NCBI GenBank assembly: GCA_000004985.1
Contig: GG738876.1
Reading direction: 5' to 3' (one strand)
DNA length: 64,000 bases
Source: Naegleria gruberi
Lineage: Eukaryota
The translations under genes were made by a program, and so were the position numbers. Positions within the stretch are counted from its first letter, which is position 1; the number at the start of each line of letters is the position of its first letter. Shown in pieces: positions 29,583 through 41,560 of this stretch. Under the pieces are notes generated by a model. It made no database searches. It saw only the letters and a list, made by a program, of their open reading frames with translations, and was not told the DNA's origin.

Positions 29583-30761
29583 TTAAATATTTACAACAAT
29601 TTTTCCAACAGTTTTCTTTGATTTCATCATTTGCATTGCTTGTGTCGCTTCATCCAATTGGAAAACATTTAAATTCATCAAGCTGAAATTATTATCAGGT
29701 GTCAAAATGTTATGCATAAGGAAGGCAAATTCCTTTGGCTTTTTACCAAAGAAATTAACTAGACCATATTTAGGCGAACCTTTTGAGATTAAGGCAGAAC
29801 AAATGGTTGTTATCATATAATAAGCAGTGGAACAAATGGTTGAAAAATTGAGGGCAGCAGCACCTGGTGGAACTAGACAAGCATACACTACTTGATCCTC
29901 TGCTTTTCTACAATCCAAATGTTGCTTGACATCATCATAGAAATAGTAACCTCCAACACAATCTATAACCATATCGACATACTCTTCACCAAAGTCTCTT
30001 CTCAATACTTGGCAGACACTTGGTAACCCAGAAGTACTCGATGAGTGATATTCATTATTTCCATCCTTTGCACTTGTTTTGGTATAGTCAATTATTTCAT
30101 CAGCTCCCAAAGATTTAACATATTCAATATTCTTTTCTGAACACACAGCATAAATTGTCAAATCCAAAATCCTTTTCAAGAATTTACTGGCCATCAATAC
30201 AGCCATACTTCCGCAACCACCAGCTGCTCCAATAATCAACAATTTGAATTGTTTCTTTGGCTTTTCACTTGAATTAAGCAATTCTGGCTTTTCCATACAT
30301 TCCTTAATCAGAGCATCAATCTTTGGATGATGTGTATAGGCAGTAAATATAGTTCCACCAATTGTAGGAAATGCAGCAGCTTGCAAATCAGTCATTTCCT
30401 TTGGTTTCAAAATCAAATCATCCTCCTCAAATTTACAAAACTCTGCCAAGGTTCCAGTTTTGGCACCAGGTAATGAACCAACCACTTCATCACCAACTTG
30501 AAATTTCGTCACCAATGAACCAACCTTTTCAACAATTCCACTTCCGTCCAATCCCAAAATTAATGGAAACTCCTTCGGAAAGAGCAATTTTACAGCTCCA
30601 CTCGACATGTGGCCATCACCAGCATTCAAACTAGCAGCCTTGATCCTAACTAACACTTCCCTCTCCTTCAAATCTTGATCATTCAATTCAAAATCATTTC
30701 TTGATACAAATTCAGGTGATTCGGAATAACCTTCCAAAATTTGAGCTCTCATCTTGGTCAT
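29583..30761 (-). CDS. Zinc-type alcohol dehydrogenase / MDR oxidoreductase, a complete single-exon paralog of the gene at 1..662.
   Basis: 392 aa. GroES-like N-domain and a Rossmann fold with IIGAAGGCGS. Confidence 0.8.
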   Translation of the reverse strand: MTKMRAQILEGYSESPEFVSRNDFELNDQDLKEREVLVRIKAASLNAGDGHMSSGAVKLLFPKEFPLILGLDGSGIVEKVGSLVTKFQVGDEVVGSLPGAKTGTLAEFCKFEEDDLILKPKEMTDLQAAAFPTIGGTIFTAYTHHPKIDALIKECMEKPELLNSSEKPKKQFKLLIIGAAGGCGSMAVLMASKFLKRILDLTIYAVCSEKNIEYVKSLGADEIIDYTKTSAKDGNNEYHSSSTSGLPSVCQVLRRDFGEEYVDMVIDCVGGYYFYDDVKQHLDCRKAEDQVVYACLVPPGAAALNFSTICSTAYYMITTICSALISKGSPKYGLVNFFGKKPKEFAFLMHNILTPDNNFSLMNLNVFQLDEATQAMQMMKSKKTVGKIVVNI

Positions 30762-31084
30762 TTTGTTATTTCAACTAAAATATTATTATATTGTTATTAT
30801 TATGTACTATTGCTTTAGGGACAAAATCTAATGATCAAGTAAAACTTGTTATTTGATGTTTGCGTATTTTTTTTTCTTACTTTTGAATGAAATATTCATC
30901 AGCGCACTATTTAAGGTTTTTGGCGGGAAATAATTGTCCTGCATTAAATGAAACACGTGTTTCACATAAATTCAATCAATTGATACTTGACTAATTGGAA
31001 AGTGAGATGTGAATGAGAAAGAATGTGGAAGAAACACGTAAACCACATCAAAAAACATGTGTTTCTTCTATTTGGTTTTTCACT

Positions 31085-31396
31085 GGGATGTAAATTTGAA
31101 ATTGATTACAAAAATAAATTACAAAATTGTTGTAAGTTTCAATTTTTGAGCATGTATTAATTTTATAAACCACAATTTGCTATTCATTCCAATAGAGATC
31201 AATTCTACTACCTCGAAAACTATGATTATTTAATTGGGAATTACATTAGTTTCTTATAAAAAGATGCTTAGACCTAATTGTCAACCTTTCTGTCGTTTGT
31301 GAGCACAATCGTGTTCAACAAAGATGGCTGGGTTTCAATTAAGGTAATGTGGTGGTGTGAAATGTTGTCATGCCGATTGATGAACTGCTGTAATTC
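31085..31396 (+). repeat. Dispersed roughly 310-bp repeat family, copy C.
   Basis: Shares a conserved 5' end (GTAAATTTGAAATTGATTACAAAAATAAATT) and 3' end (GATGAACTGCTGTAATTCTTTT) with the copies at 40018..40330 and 42236..42550. The middle has diverged. Confidence 0.7.
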
Positions 31397-31649
31397 TTTT
31401 AACTGTTTGCTGAATTTTAATGTTTTTTACTGAAACACTATTAAAGTTGATTTCTCTAATTCTGAGCAGGTTGAAACAGCATCTTCTTGTGAAGAAACAT
31501 TGGAACAAAGTTAAAGGAAATGGATCGAATGTAACTACATTTTTTTGCTTAAGTAATATTCTAAACAGAAACCTTTCCCTTATTTCCTTTCTTGTAAATT
31601 TTTTGAAAACATTAATTTTATTTACAATTTGATAATTCATTGTAATAAT

Positions 31650-33302
31650 TCAATGCGACATTACTTCTTCATGATGCTCTTCAACAGTGTGATGTTGGTG
31701 AATATTCTTTGCCAAATAAAACCAAACAATAAATAGGCAGAAAATCAACCAAGAAAATACAAACATTACCAAACATAGTAATTGTGGTGTTAAAATTCCA
31801 AAAATATCATACAAGAAAGGAGAAGGAATCAAAACACCAATGGCTTGACCTATTCCATATCCAAAACAAATATCAAAAGCTGTAATTCTTCCCAAATAAT
31901 GATTAGGTGTCAAATGTTCGATTGATGACATGGAATAAACCCACATGACACCTCCTGCTGATCCAATAAAGAATTCAGCAATAATAAACATACTGGCATG
32001 GACACTGAAAGACATGAGTAAGAATGCAGCTGGGAAAACCAAGAAAGATCCAAGAATTATGAAACGAGTCCAGAATGCACTCCTCACTGATCTTCTTATA
32101 CGATTTCCAAAAGTTAATTCGAATAACATTGGAGCTAAACCTGATCCAACGCCAAATAGACAGTAAGCAATGGTATTAGTGAGCTTGGCTCCTCCTTCAT
32201 CATTAAATAATTGCATTGATGGTAATTCGGATAATTTAACATTGATAAATTCAATACTGGCCCAAACTGATGATCCCAATAATTTCATAACAACAAAACT
32301 CAACAAGTAACCCTTTCCACTGAATAATAACTTGAAGCCAGCAATTAATTCCTTCACAGAATGTTTCATCATTGGTAATGGTTTAGTTGGGAAATCGGCT
32401 GGTTTCGGTGGATTCAAATCAGGGAACCACAACAAGGCAATTGACAATGCCAACGCAATCAAGAACAAAACTCCATTCAATACATAACAAGTAATCAATC
32501 CAAATGCAACTCTCACAGCTCCACCAATGGCACCACCTGTATACGAACAAAACAACCATGTCAAACTATCCAATGCATTACACGCGACCAAATCATTGTG
32601 ATCGACACAGAGTGGCATCATGCATCCTCTCGAAGCATCATAAAATGCATTAAGGAAAAATATTAAGGCAAGGATGATGTAATAGAAGGAGAAGAGGACT
32701 GCCTTATTTTCCATAAAGCAACCACCAATGAGGACGAAAGCTAGAATGGCTCTCAGGACATTGCAGACAATCAAGACCTTTCGTCTATCGAAAATATCAG
32801 AAACTACACCTGCGAATGGAGTAGCAACACATGACGGTAAAAAGATACAGAGAAATACAGCACTTGTGGCAAATCCAACAGTTGTACGTTCTTCCACTTC
32901 ATAAGCAATACCAATTTCTGAAAAGTAATTTCCCATTCCTGACAAGACACCTGCCATCCAAATAATTAAAAATCTCTTATTATGAAATAGAAGTGAAATA
33001 TAGGGATTTCTTGCAAGTTTCGGCTTTGAACTTTCCTGATCCAATTGTGCATAGTTTCCAATAGTATGTGGTGCTTCCAAACTTTCCATTGACGGTCTAG
33101 GTTCAGAGTTTAGTTCAATATCGTCCAATGATTTTCTAGATAAATCCTGATCATGACTTGTCGCTTCATCATGATCTTCAATGGAAATCCTCTCTCCACC
33201 TGCAACCACTCCTCCATCCTCTTGATTCCAATCTTCATCTCCTCTTGCATGTCTTTGTTTGTCCATCACTTTCAATTCTTCTTCCATTTTTGTTGTGGTC
33301 AC
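31650..33302 (-). CDS. Major facilitator superfamily transporter, paralog of 14452..16209.
   Basis: 550 aa and about 12 TM segments. Internal nucleotide stretches are about 97% identical to the other copy. The N-terminus is acidic and unrelated. Confidence 0.75.
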   Translation of the reverse strand: MTTTKMEEELKVMDKQRHARGDEDWNQEDGGVVAGGERISIEDHDEATSHDQDLSRKSLDDIELNSEPRPSMESLEAPHTIGNYAQLDQESSKPKLARNPYISLLFHNKRFLIIWMAGVLSGMGNYFSEIGIAYEVEERTTVGFATSAVFLCIFLPSCVATPFAGVVSDIFDRRKVLIVCNVLRAILAFVLIGGCFMENKAVLFSFYYIILALIFFLNAFYDASRGCMMPLCVDHNDLVACNALDSLTWLFCSYTGGAIGGAVRVAFGLITCYVLNGVLFLIALALSIALLWFPDLNPPKPADFPTKPLPMMKHSVKELIAGFKLLFSGKGYLLSFVVMKLLGSSVWASIEFINVKLSELPSMQLFNDEGGAKLTNTIAYCLFGVGSGLAPMLFELTFGNRIRRSVRSAFWTRFIILGSFLVFPAAFLLMSFSVHASMFIIAEFFIGSAGGVMWVYSMSSIEHLTPNHYLGRITAFDICFGYGIGQAIGVLIPSPFLYDIFGILTPQLLCLVMFVFSWLIFCLFIVWFYLAKNIHQHHTVEEHHEEVMSH

Positions 33303-33668
33303 AAAATTGTAAATATTAATTAAAAAAGATGTGTTTGGTTATGTGGTGATAATTAAACAAGTGTTGGTTGTTGTGTTGTTTTTTTTGTTTTTTGAATTGG
33401 CGTAATTTTAGAATCCTTAAATAAATTCAATAAGTCCTAAGGACCGCGGCTTTGCTAAACGTTGCTCGTCCTGCATTGTTGGACTTTACAATGGAAATAT
33501 AATTGGAAAAGGCGACAATTCAGGTAACAACAAATATATTATTAAATTTTCGATGCTGATTTATCAAATCTATTTGCATTCTAATTAAGATAATGGAATG
33601 TGTGGTTTCATTGGAAGTGTTGGCAAATGAAATAATAAGAATTTTGAATTGTAATTTCACACACAAAT

Positions 33669-36005
33669 TTATTTTCTTTCATATCTTCTAAAACGAAGGG
33701 CAAGATAAATGGCAATTCTCAAAATTAGTAACATTCCCAATAGAATGAGAACGTTACCCCAAATTGGAATATGATTACTTCCTTCAAAGAAATAATTAAG
33801 AGCTGACTCTCCAGATTTGTAACATGCTTCAGATGCAATGGCAGATACAGTTTGATTCCAATTGAGTTCGGAACACAACTTTTCAGTGTATGGTTCAAGT
33901 GAAACAAGTTGATTTCCAATCGTGATGGCGCTTCCATTATTGAATGAGCAAATTTCAGTCATGTTAAAACTTGAGAGTGTTTTGGAAGAAGTAGAGCATT
34001 CAAAGGCCATTCTACTCAACTCAACCTGTGCCAATGCATGCACAGAATATCTGAATAAACTAGTGTATGCAAATGGATAGAACCATCCTCCGATTTGTGT
34101 ATTTCTTATAAGGAAACCACTGAAACACCTGTCATAAACGTTAAAATTAGAAATGGTCAGTCCAATACGTATTTAAAATGTCCAAACTTACATCCAAACA
34201 GTCATTACAACAGATATTACTAAATTTCCAACATCTACTGATTCAAAGAGGGCTCCAACAAATAATCCAATAGATTCACTCAACCATTGAACAATAATCA
34301 TAATACCAGCAAAAATGAAAAAGTTTCCAGGATTATTTTGAAATCCAATCAGCCAATAGGCACAAATTAAATTCACCACTGGAAAAATAGCTTCCACTGG
34401 TATGTGAACAATAGAATAGGAAGCATAATAGGTGAATGTTCCATAGAGATTTGATTCTCGTTCTCTAGTGAAAAGTAATCTCTGTTGAGGGAATGTAGCC
34501 ACAACTGATGCTGCAGGAACAAATGAAATGGCAGCCACAATAAAGAAAATAGCACTAATTCTATCAGTGATACCTTGTTGATCTGTAGCTAGTTTGAAAT
34601 ACAAGAGTCCACAAAATATTCCAAGAAATACAGATTGAAACAGTTCAGAAAGTAGAATCATTGGATCTCTGAATGTTGTCCTCAAATTTCTATAAATTAA
34701 AACCAAAAGTTTAAGAATATTCTCCACCAAGTAGGCATTGAGTGAGAATTTGTCATCATCCTGCGAGTCTGCTTTGCTCAATATGGTATTGGATGGAGAT
34801 TGATACAGATTACTATAAAACTTTGCAAGCCAATCAATTCTATTCTTAATCACATCCAATTCGTTTGATAATTGTTCCTTTGCTGACTTTCCTTCATTAT
34901 CAATCAAAATTTCTATGGCTGATTCAGATTTTTCTACAGCATGCAAATTGATAGCAGAGGCAGACATTAATTTTTCTTGCTTCAAGAATGGATTAGAAAC
35001 AATGGAAATGAGAAAATCTGCAGGATTGGTGTCCTCTGGCATTGGATATCCAACCATTTTCAAATAGTTTTTAACTTGAGCAACTGGTCCTGAATAAACA
35101 AGTTTGCCATGTGCCAAGAGGATTACATTGTCGAATAAGCTAAACAATGCTGAAGAAGGTTGATGTACAGTGGCAACAATGGTCTTGCCTTGATCGTGAG
35201 CCAAGGTCTGGAGCTTTTTTCCAATTTCAAGTGCTGTATATGAATCCAATCCAGAGCTATATTCATCCAACAATAACAAATCTGGATTATTAATTAATTG
35301 AATAGAGAGTGAAGTTCTCTTTTTCTGACCACCTGAGGCTCCCTTCTTTTGTTCAGTTCCAATCTTAACCTTCCTATGTGAATAAAGTCCAATATCATTC
35401 TCTACTTTGAAAGTTCTCTCACTACATGATTTCCAAATCTCAGTCAACTTGTTTCCCTTTTTGTGTTTGTACTTGAGCAGAGAAGATTCCATCAAAATTT
35501 CATGAATCGAATCTGTTGCCCTTTTTGAAAATTAAGTTATTATTCTTCTCAATACTTACAGCAAAATATCATCCTGAAAGACATAGCCACCTTGCTTTTG
35601 AAATAATTTCTTTGTCAATGGTTGACCTTTAAATGTAACAGTGCCTGTACATTCCTTAGGATTCGAAACTCTTCTAGAAATTATATCTAAAAGTGAACTT
35701 TTACCACCTCCAGAGCCACCAATTATCATTGTGAGTTGACCAGATGGTATTGTACATGAAATCTCACTCAAAATTTGTTTCTTCTTCTTTTTAAATCCTA
35801 AACCATCTAAAACCAAAGCATGTGTTGAATTGTAATTTGGTAACTGAAAATCAAAGCCTTGTTGTTGTTGATTTTTAATAACAACCACTTCATCTAATAA
35901 ACTACCCGATGATGAGGATGAAGTTGTTGTTGTGGTTGTGTTTGTTTGTTGTTCTATAAGAGCCGATGATGAGGCTTGTTGCAATTCAATTTCTCTAGTC
36001 ATCAT
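33669..36005 (-). CDS. ABC transporter, G-family half-transporter (NBD then TMD). Three exons, complement(join(33669..34128,34192..35520,35560..36005)).
   Basis: Walker A GGSGGGKSS, ABC signature SGGQKKR and Walker B LLLLDE, followed by six TM helices. Both introns are GTAAGT..AG (39 and 63 nt) and the spliced frame is continuous. Confidence 0.8.
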
Positions 36006-36302
36006 TGATCGGAAGAGTATATATTCTTTTTTATGATTTAATTTTAATACTAAATGGCCGCTTCTTAAAGGAATGTGGTTGATGAGATGATCCGTTCAAT
36101 GTTTATGTTGGATTCATGGTATTAATACTAGAAGCTTCCAGCAGCCAGGACATTCTCGAGATGCATGTGCTCGGAGTGGCGCCAATTTATTTCTAGTTTG
36201 CCGTTACGATATTTGAGTTTTTAATTAGATTTTTAAAATATTTATTTTAAAAAGAAAAAAATGGGTGACTGCTTGCAGCATTATGTTTGGCTAGATTTAT
36301 CA

Positions 36303-37715
36303 TCATTGTCGATAAATAAAACCTTCAATATCACACAATCGTGCGTAGTATCTTTTCATCAATGATGGTTCTCTTTCTTGCAACTTGTTCCATACTTCAT
36401 CACCACTATAATCGGAACACTCGAGGAGGTACTCCAAAAAGGTTAAATCCAAACCACCATCACGAGCATTGAACATGGAGTAATAGACACGTTCATCATC
36501 ATGAATACCAATTTCCTCTGCCTTAAATTTGGGAGGAAGACCTCTATAATTGCGAAATAGCTCGAGCATTGCCACTAATTTCTCATAAGCACCTTCTCTT
36601 ATCTTGGTGATGATTATTTGTCTGATGAGCTCGGTTTGATAGGTCTTGTATGGTTTGGATTGGAGGAAAATATTAAGATAGGGTTTCACCTTTTGGAATG
36701 ATTCATATTCTTGATATTGAGAAAATATATGTTCCAACTTGTAATATCTAACAATGTATGCTTCTAGTTGAGGATTTTCAATATCAAATATTCTTTCACA
36801 TTTTCCAAGTCTCTCACCTAAAAGTACATATACTCCTCTTGGTGATCTTTTTGAAACTTCCTCAATTGCAATTTGAAAGAAATCAAACCTTGCATTGAAT
36901 AATTCTGAGAGGTCGTGACGATATGGCATACGTAATGAGATACGTTTCATCATTTCACGAAACAAGCAACAACTACAATCTTCAAGATTTGGTATCTGGG
37001 TAATGGGAATCTTTTCAAAGAGTTCGAGTGTTGGATTTTTTAGTATGGAAATTTCAATGCACTCTAGGTCATAATTGACAGTTTTCAAAAGAGCATTATG
37101 AAAACTTGATCCATAATTGAAATTCTCACTTTGCAGTACCCTCTCCACTCCTTTCGAATAAATATGAGACAATTTCGCAAAGTTTACCAAAAAGTCCCTT
37201 GTACAAACTTCCATATCACTTCGAGGAATGTAATTCAAATTCCTACAAAACAAAATTTCCTTAACATCTTGACTATTCAAGCACCACTTAATTTCTTGAA
37301 AACTAATTCTAAAGTGGTGAAACAAATAATACCACTCATGTGCCATTATTCTCATCAGAACAACCTGACAAGAGGCAACATTTTCCAAAAATTCATCATC
37401 CTCCAATTTCCTTCTCAATTGTTTTGCTCTCTTCTTATAGATTCCTCTCATTCCCTTCGGACTCTGCTGATAATTGTGAAAATCATCATTCGGAAGAATT
37501 AATTCAGACTCGTGTTGAAGAGAGGAGGCTACTAAATCTTCATATCTACTAGCTGTCTGTTCTAGAAAGCATCTAATATGTCGTAGCCAATTTATTTGTT
37601 GTGTCTCAATGATGGAGAACCAATTCTTGTTAACCAACGCTGCTCGGAGAAGTAAATCACCAAGTGGAAGGAAGGAAAGAATTTCACTGATGCAATCATC
37701 ACCTGGTTCAATCAT
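36303..37715 (-). CDS. F-box domain protein, hypothetical.
   Basis: The N-terminal motif ISEILSFLPLGDLLLRAALVNKNWFSII is an F-box consensus. 470-aa ORF. Confidence 0.6.
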   Translation of the reverse strand: MIEPGDDCISEILSFLPLGDLLLRAALVNKNWFSIIETQQINWLRHIRCFLEQTASRYEDLVASSLQHESELILPNDDFHNYQQSPKGMRGIYKKRAKQLRRKLEDDEFLENVASCQVVLMRIMAHEWYYLFHHFRISFQEIKWCLNSQDVKEILFCRNLNYIPRSDMEVCTRDFLVNFAKLSHIYSKGVERVLQSENFNYGSSFHNALLKTVNYDLECIEISILKNPTLELFEKIPITQIPNLEDCSCCLFREMMKRISLRMPYRHDLSELFNARFDFFQIAIEEVSKRSPRGVYVLLGERLGKCERIFDIENPQLEAYIVRYYKLEHIFSQYQEYESFQKVKPYLNIFLQSKPYKTYQTELIRQIIITKIREGAYEKLVAMLELFRNYRGLPPKFKAEEIGIHDDERVYYSMFNARDGGLDLTFLEYLLECSDYSGDEVWNKLQEREPSLMKRYYARLCDIEGFIYRQ

Positions 37716-38224
37716 TATTTTTTTTTGTAATGTTTTTTTGTTGATCTTTTCTTAATTGAATGTGAATTGAATAGTTTACAACAAGATCCAATCGTGTGGA
37801 ATGGTTTATTAAATAGATTTAAAGATAAAATGGATTGTTCTTAATGCTGTCTTTAGGATCATTTCTGGTCAAACTTTTTGCGTCATTTGACTTTTTGGCA
37901 TGTAATAAGCAAGTTGGCATTTTGACAGATCCATTCCAATTATAATACAAATGAGTTTGAAGGTTAGCTCAATAATAGTATCCAAATTAATTTTAAATTC
38001 TTTTTCTTCCTTCACAACCTGTATCTTCATATTTTGGTAAAAGTTACTTGACTTTTGTTTAATTTCATATCTGACAGGTTTGCTCTGTCCCATGTTACTT
38101 GAAATTCTACAAGAATTCAAATAAAATTCTCAACATCAACTGCCCCAAACTTTTGTCCCTCATCAAAATCGAATTATCAATACTCGGATGCTGTCAATTT
38201 GATTAATGTGTTGAATTCTAATCA

Positions 38225-38530
38225 AATCCATTCTTTGTCAGTGGTGAAAGCTATGGTATGTTTCAACAAAATATTTGTCGATCTAAATTGACTATTTTCA
38301 GGTGGTAATTATGTTCCATTGCTCGCCAGAGAAATTTTAAAGTACAATACTAACAGTCAAAAGAAGATTTCATTCAAAGGATTGAGTGTTGGTAATCCAA
38401 CAATGGATAATGATTTGGATGCTAATGCCTATCTCCCATTCATGTTCCATCATGCTTTGGTTGGAAGTGAAGAATTTGATCTCTATCAAAAACAATGTCC
38501 AAACTTTAATACGGCTTTGATTGGTTGTAC
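38225..38530 (+). pseudogene. Relic or fragment of a serine carboxypeptidase (S10) gene.
   Basis: Encodes ..NPFFVSGESYG | 46-nt GTATGT..TTCAG intron | GNYVPLLAREIL..FKGLSVGNPTMDNDLDANAYLPFMFHHALVGSEEFD, which is the S10 active-site Ser region plus following block. There is an in-frame stop 3 codons upstream. The N-terminal and C-terminal catalytic regions are absent. Confidence 0.6.
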
Positions 38531-38606
38531 AATTCATACATGGATTTATTTTTATTGGAAAGGTTACAATTCCAATAAAAATAAATCCTTTCAAATAATA
38601 AATATT

Positions 38607-39897
38607 TCATTGAAAAATTATAATATCCGAAAGATTGCCATCAATTACTCTATTCTTAAGATTTTCTCCTTGTTCCTTCAGATTCTTTGATTCTGAATTT
38701 GTTTCCCAATAAGCAATTAAATTGTCTCTTGCTGAAGTTATTTGAAGATGTTGATTTGGTTTTGGATTGGTAACTTTGTGAATGAGTTTGAATTTTGATT
38801 GAGAATCTAAGGAGTAAATTTGTGAATTATTGATCACTAGGAAAAAGGTTTTGTTTGAGCTACACATTCTACAGGAAATAACAGGTTCACCACATATTTT
38901 AGCAAGGTTGCTATGAAACTTATCAACCAAATATAAATTGAATTTGTCTGGAAATGTTGAATAAATTAGTAGTATCTCAAATATACTTACTTGTGAGATA
39001 AATCCAACTGTAATAGGATGCACAAATGTCTATAAAGTATTCATCTTCTCCCATTAAACTTATTGGTGCCAATTGTTTCATCATTGGCAAATTATTACCA
39101 TTATTTCCCATAGAATATCCACAATAGAAAATATTGTGATCCCTTGTTAAGGCAATAATATTGTGATCTCCATTCACTGTCTTGGTAAAGAAAGGTTCTT
39201 TGCACTCATTGGAAGGGTCAAGACAACAACATTGGATAGCTGGAATATTATTATCACTAGATGGTTGAGCTATCTCAAAAAATTGATTACTTCCACATGC
39301 CAAAAGCCTTCCATGTGATGTCAGAAAACAACAAGTAAATGCAGCACATGAAGTCTTTGTAATAAATTCCCCATCTTGTAATTGAAAATCCTCCAAGCAA
39401 GTCCATTCAATTTCTGAATTCTCAATTCCACTCTGTGAAAAAGTCTCAACTCTTTCTGTAAATTTTGTTTTCCTCACTCCAAACTCATTCCTATTCGCTG
39501 AATAACAAACAAACACTCTCGTTCTAATTAAATTCATCCCACCAGTACTTCCAGCACCACCACCACTAACAGATTGAAGCACCAAAACACAAGCATGATA
39601 ACTGACACTAATATTCACAATTCTTTCATTTGGAAATTTAAAGCTAATTTTATAATATTTCCAATTCCTGTTTTTATCAAGAGAAAATACTTCATCATCT
39701 TCCGACACTACAAAACAAGTTAATTCTCTACAGGAAATAAATTTAATTCTCCCAAATCGTTGCAAGTAATTGTTCGGAATGTTTGATGTTGGTTGATTTT
39801 TAAATCGGCTACTAGTAACGGTGTTGGTAAAAAATTCGATGGAATCTTGATAATGATTGAAGAGAGAAAATGTTTCTGCTGTTAGATTTAGAGACAT
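38607..39897 (-). CDS. Hypothetical repeat protein, possibly RCC1-like beta-propeller. Two exons, complement(join(38607..38947,38991..39897)).
   Basis: ORFs 38977..39939 and 38607..39023 join in frame through a 43-nt GTAAGT..CAG intron. Gly/Cys-rich repeat segments (GRLLACGSNQ, NIIALTRDHNIFYCG). The start is placed at the A-rich ATG at 39897; an alternative upstream ATG exists at 39939. Confidence 0.55.
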
Positions 39898-40017
39898 TTT
39901 TTTGTGAACTTTTACAATTTTTATTCCATGTGTACACAACTATATATTGTATTGCTGTTTCTGATCTAGTTAGAAAGAAAAGGAAAGGTAAAGAATATAG
40001 AAAGATGAAGAAAAAAA

Positions 40018-40330
40018 AAGAATTACAGCAGTTCATCAATTGGCACACAGATTTTGTGCCAACACATTACCTAAAGCGTAACCCTTCAATCAAAGGTACA
40101 CGAGCTACACAATGACCGTCAGATTTTGCTTTTAGTCTGAGCATCTTTTTTATTAGAAACTAATGTAATTCCCAATTGAATTGTAATTGTTTTCAAGGTA
40201 ATAATCATGAACGCAATAAGAATGAATATCAAATTGTGGTTTTATTCTTTTTAAAATGTTGCACATTTTCAATCCCCAAACTGAAACTACAAATTTTGCA
40301 ATTTATTTTTGTAAGCAATTTCAAACAATC
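40018..40330 (-). repeat. Dispersed roughly 310-bp repeat family, copy A, inverted relative to copies B and C.
   Basis: This is the reverse complement of 42236..42550 with a few substitutions. On its own strand it ends in a T-run. Confidence 0.75.
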
Positions 40331-40600
40331 CATATTATTTGCGAACAACCTAATATTAGAATTGTTCTCAATTATCAATAGTCAGAATTGTAATAACTGA
40401 TATTTGGATCAAGAGTCAATGATGACATTTGTTAAATTTTTTGTAAAGTTTCATGTTCCGATTTTCAAAACCTTCCAATCAAGCAAAAACGGAAGGTTTG
40501 GAAAATCGAATAAGTTGAAACGAAACAATTTTTTGTTTTCCAACACAAAAAAAAACTAAAATCTGATCACAACATAACAACAACAAGAAGCTTCTTTAAC

Positions 40601-41266
40601 ATGATGATGGACCCGGAAACAGCCAGGTTGAAGGCCTATTTTGATGATTATTACGATCAATTCATTGATGGCCACATGGATGAGAATTTTACTAATACCA
40701 ATATTGACCATTACATTTCAACTCTTTTCAGCCGAATGGAATCAGATAAACCACCACTACCACCTGCGACTGTTGCCACTGAATGTGTTATTAGTATTGC
40801 AAATGAGAAGGATGATAGTCATAATTGTAACAATAAGATCATCATTGAATTATTAAGCTCCTTCTACTTGCAAACTCGTCGTGATCAACAAGAGGTTGAA
40901 ATTTGTGTCTACTTTGAAAAAACAAATGCAGAGCAGTGGCAACGAGTGTTTACTGCCACTGCTACCCTTGAAAAGAAGGGTCGATATAATATGAAAGCTT
41001 TTAGCAGAAAAGAACTCAAGAAGAGGCTTAAAGATCAACCTGGGTATAAGGTAAATCAAAAAGACAAATTCTATTTAGTGATTGGTCAATTCAAATTCGT
41101 ACTGGTTTCGAAACAACGTGATAAGGTACCAAAATGGCACAATCTAATTGTTGTCAGTAATAGAGAAGTCGTTTCTTCCGAATACTCTTTCACTAATTTC
41201 ACTAATAAGGCCCTTATCCCAGAATTCAACTTTGCTAAAGTTAATGATCAGCTTAGCTTTCATTGA
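40601..41266 (+). CDS. Hypothetical protein of 221 aa.
   Basis: A complete ORF between the inverted repeat copies. No domain recognised. Confidence 0.45.
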   Translation: MMMDPETARLKAYFDDYYDQFIDGHMDENFTNTNIDHYISTLFSRMESDKPPLPPATVATECVISIANEKDDSHNCNNKIIIELLSSFYLQTRRDQQEVEICVYFEKTNAEQWQRVFTATATLEKKGRYNMKAFSRKELKKRLKDQPGYKVNQKDKFYLVIGQFKFVLVSKQRDKVPKWHNLIVVSNREVVSSEYSFTNFTNKALIPEFNFAKVNDQLSFH

Positions 41267-41560
41267 TGAGTTCGATTGCCAATACTACTTATAATTAGTT
41301 TAGTTTGGTGATCACTACATACTTTATATATTCTATATGTATCCATTCCTCTATCTATCCATACTATATATATTACTATCTATCCATCCAAGAGTATTCG
41401 AAATTTCAATTAATGGTAGTGGTTGGTGTTATTTAGAACCCATTTGAATAACAAGCGAACCACTACCATTAATTGGAATTTTGATTGCTGCAGATGTTCA
41501 TGCTAGTATCTATAATCCATCCTTATTCAAATCCAGTCTTATTGATTGGTAATTTTCAAT

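Noticed and set aside
37869-38120. An 83-aa minus-strand ORF between the F-box gene and the carboxypeptidase relic
   Set aside because: Short and AT-rich, with no domain and no splice partners. It is probably spurious.
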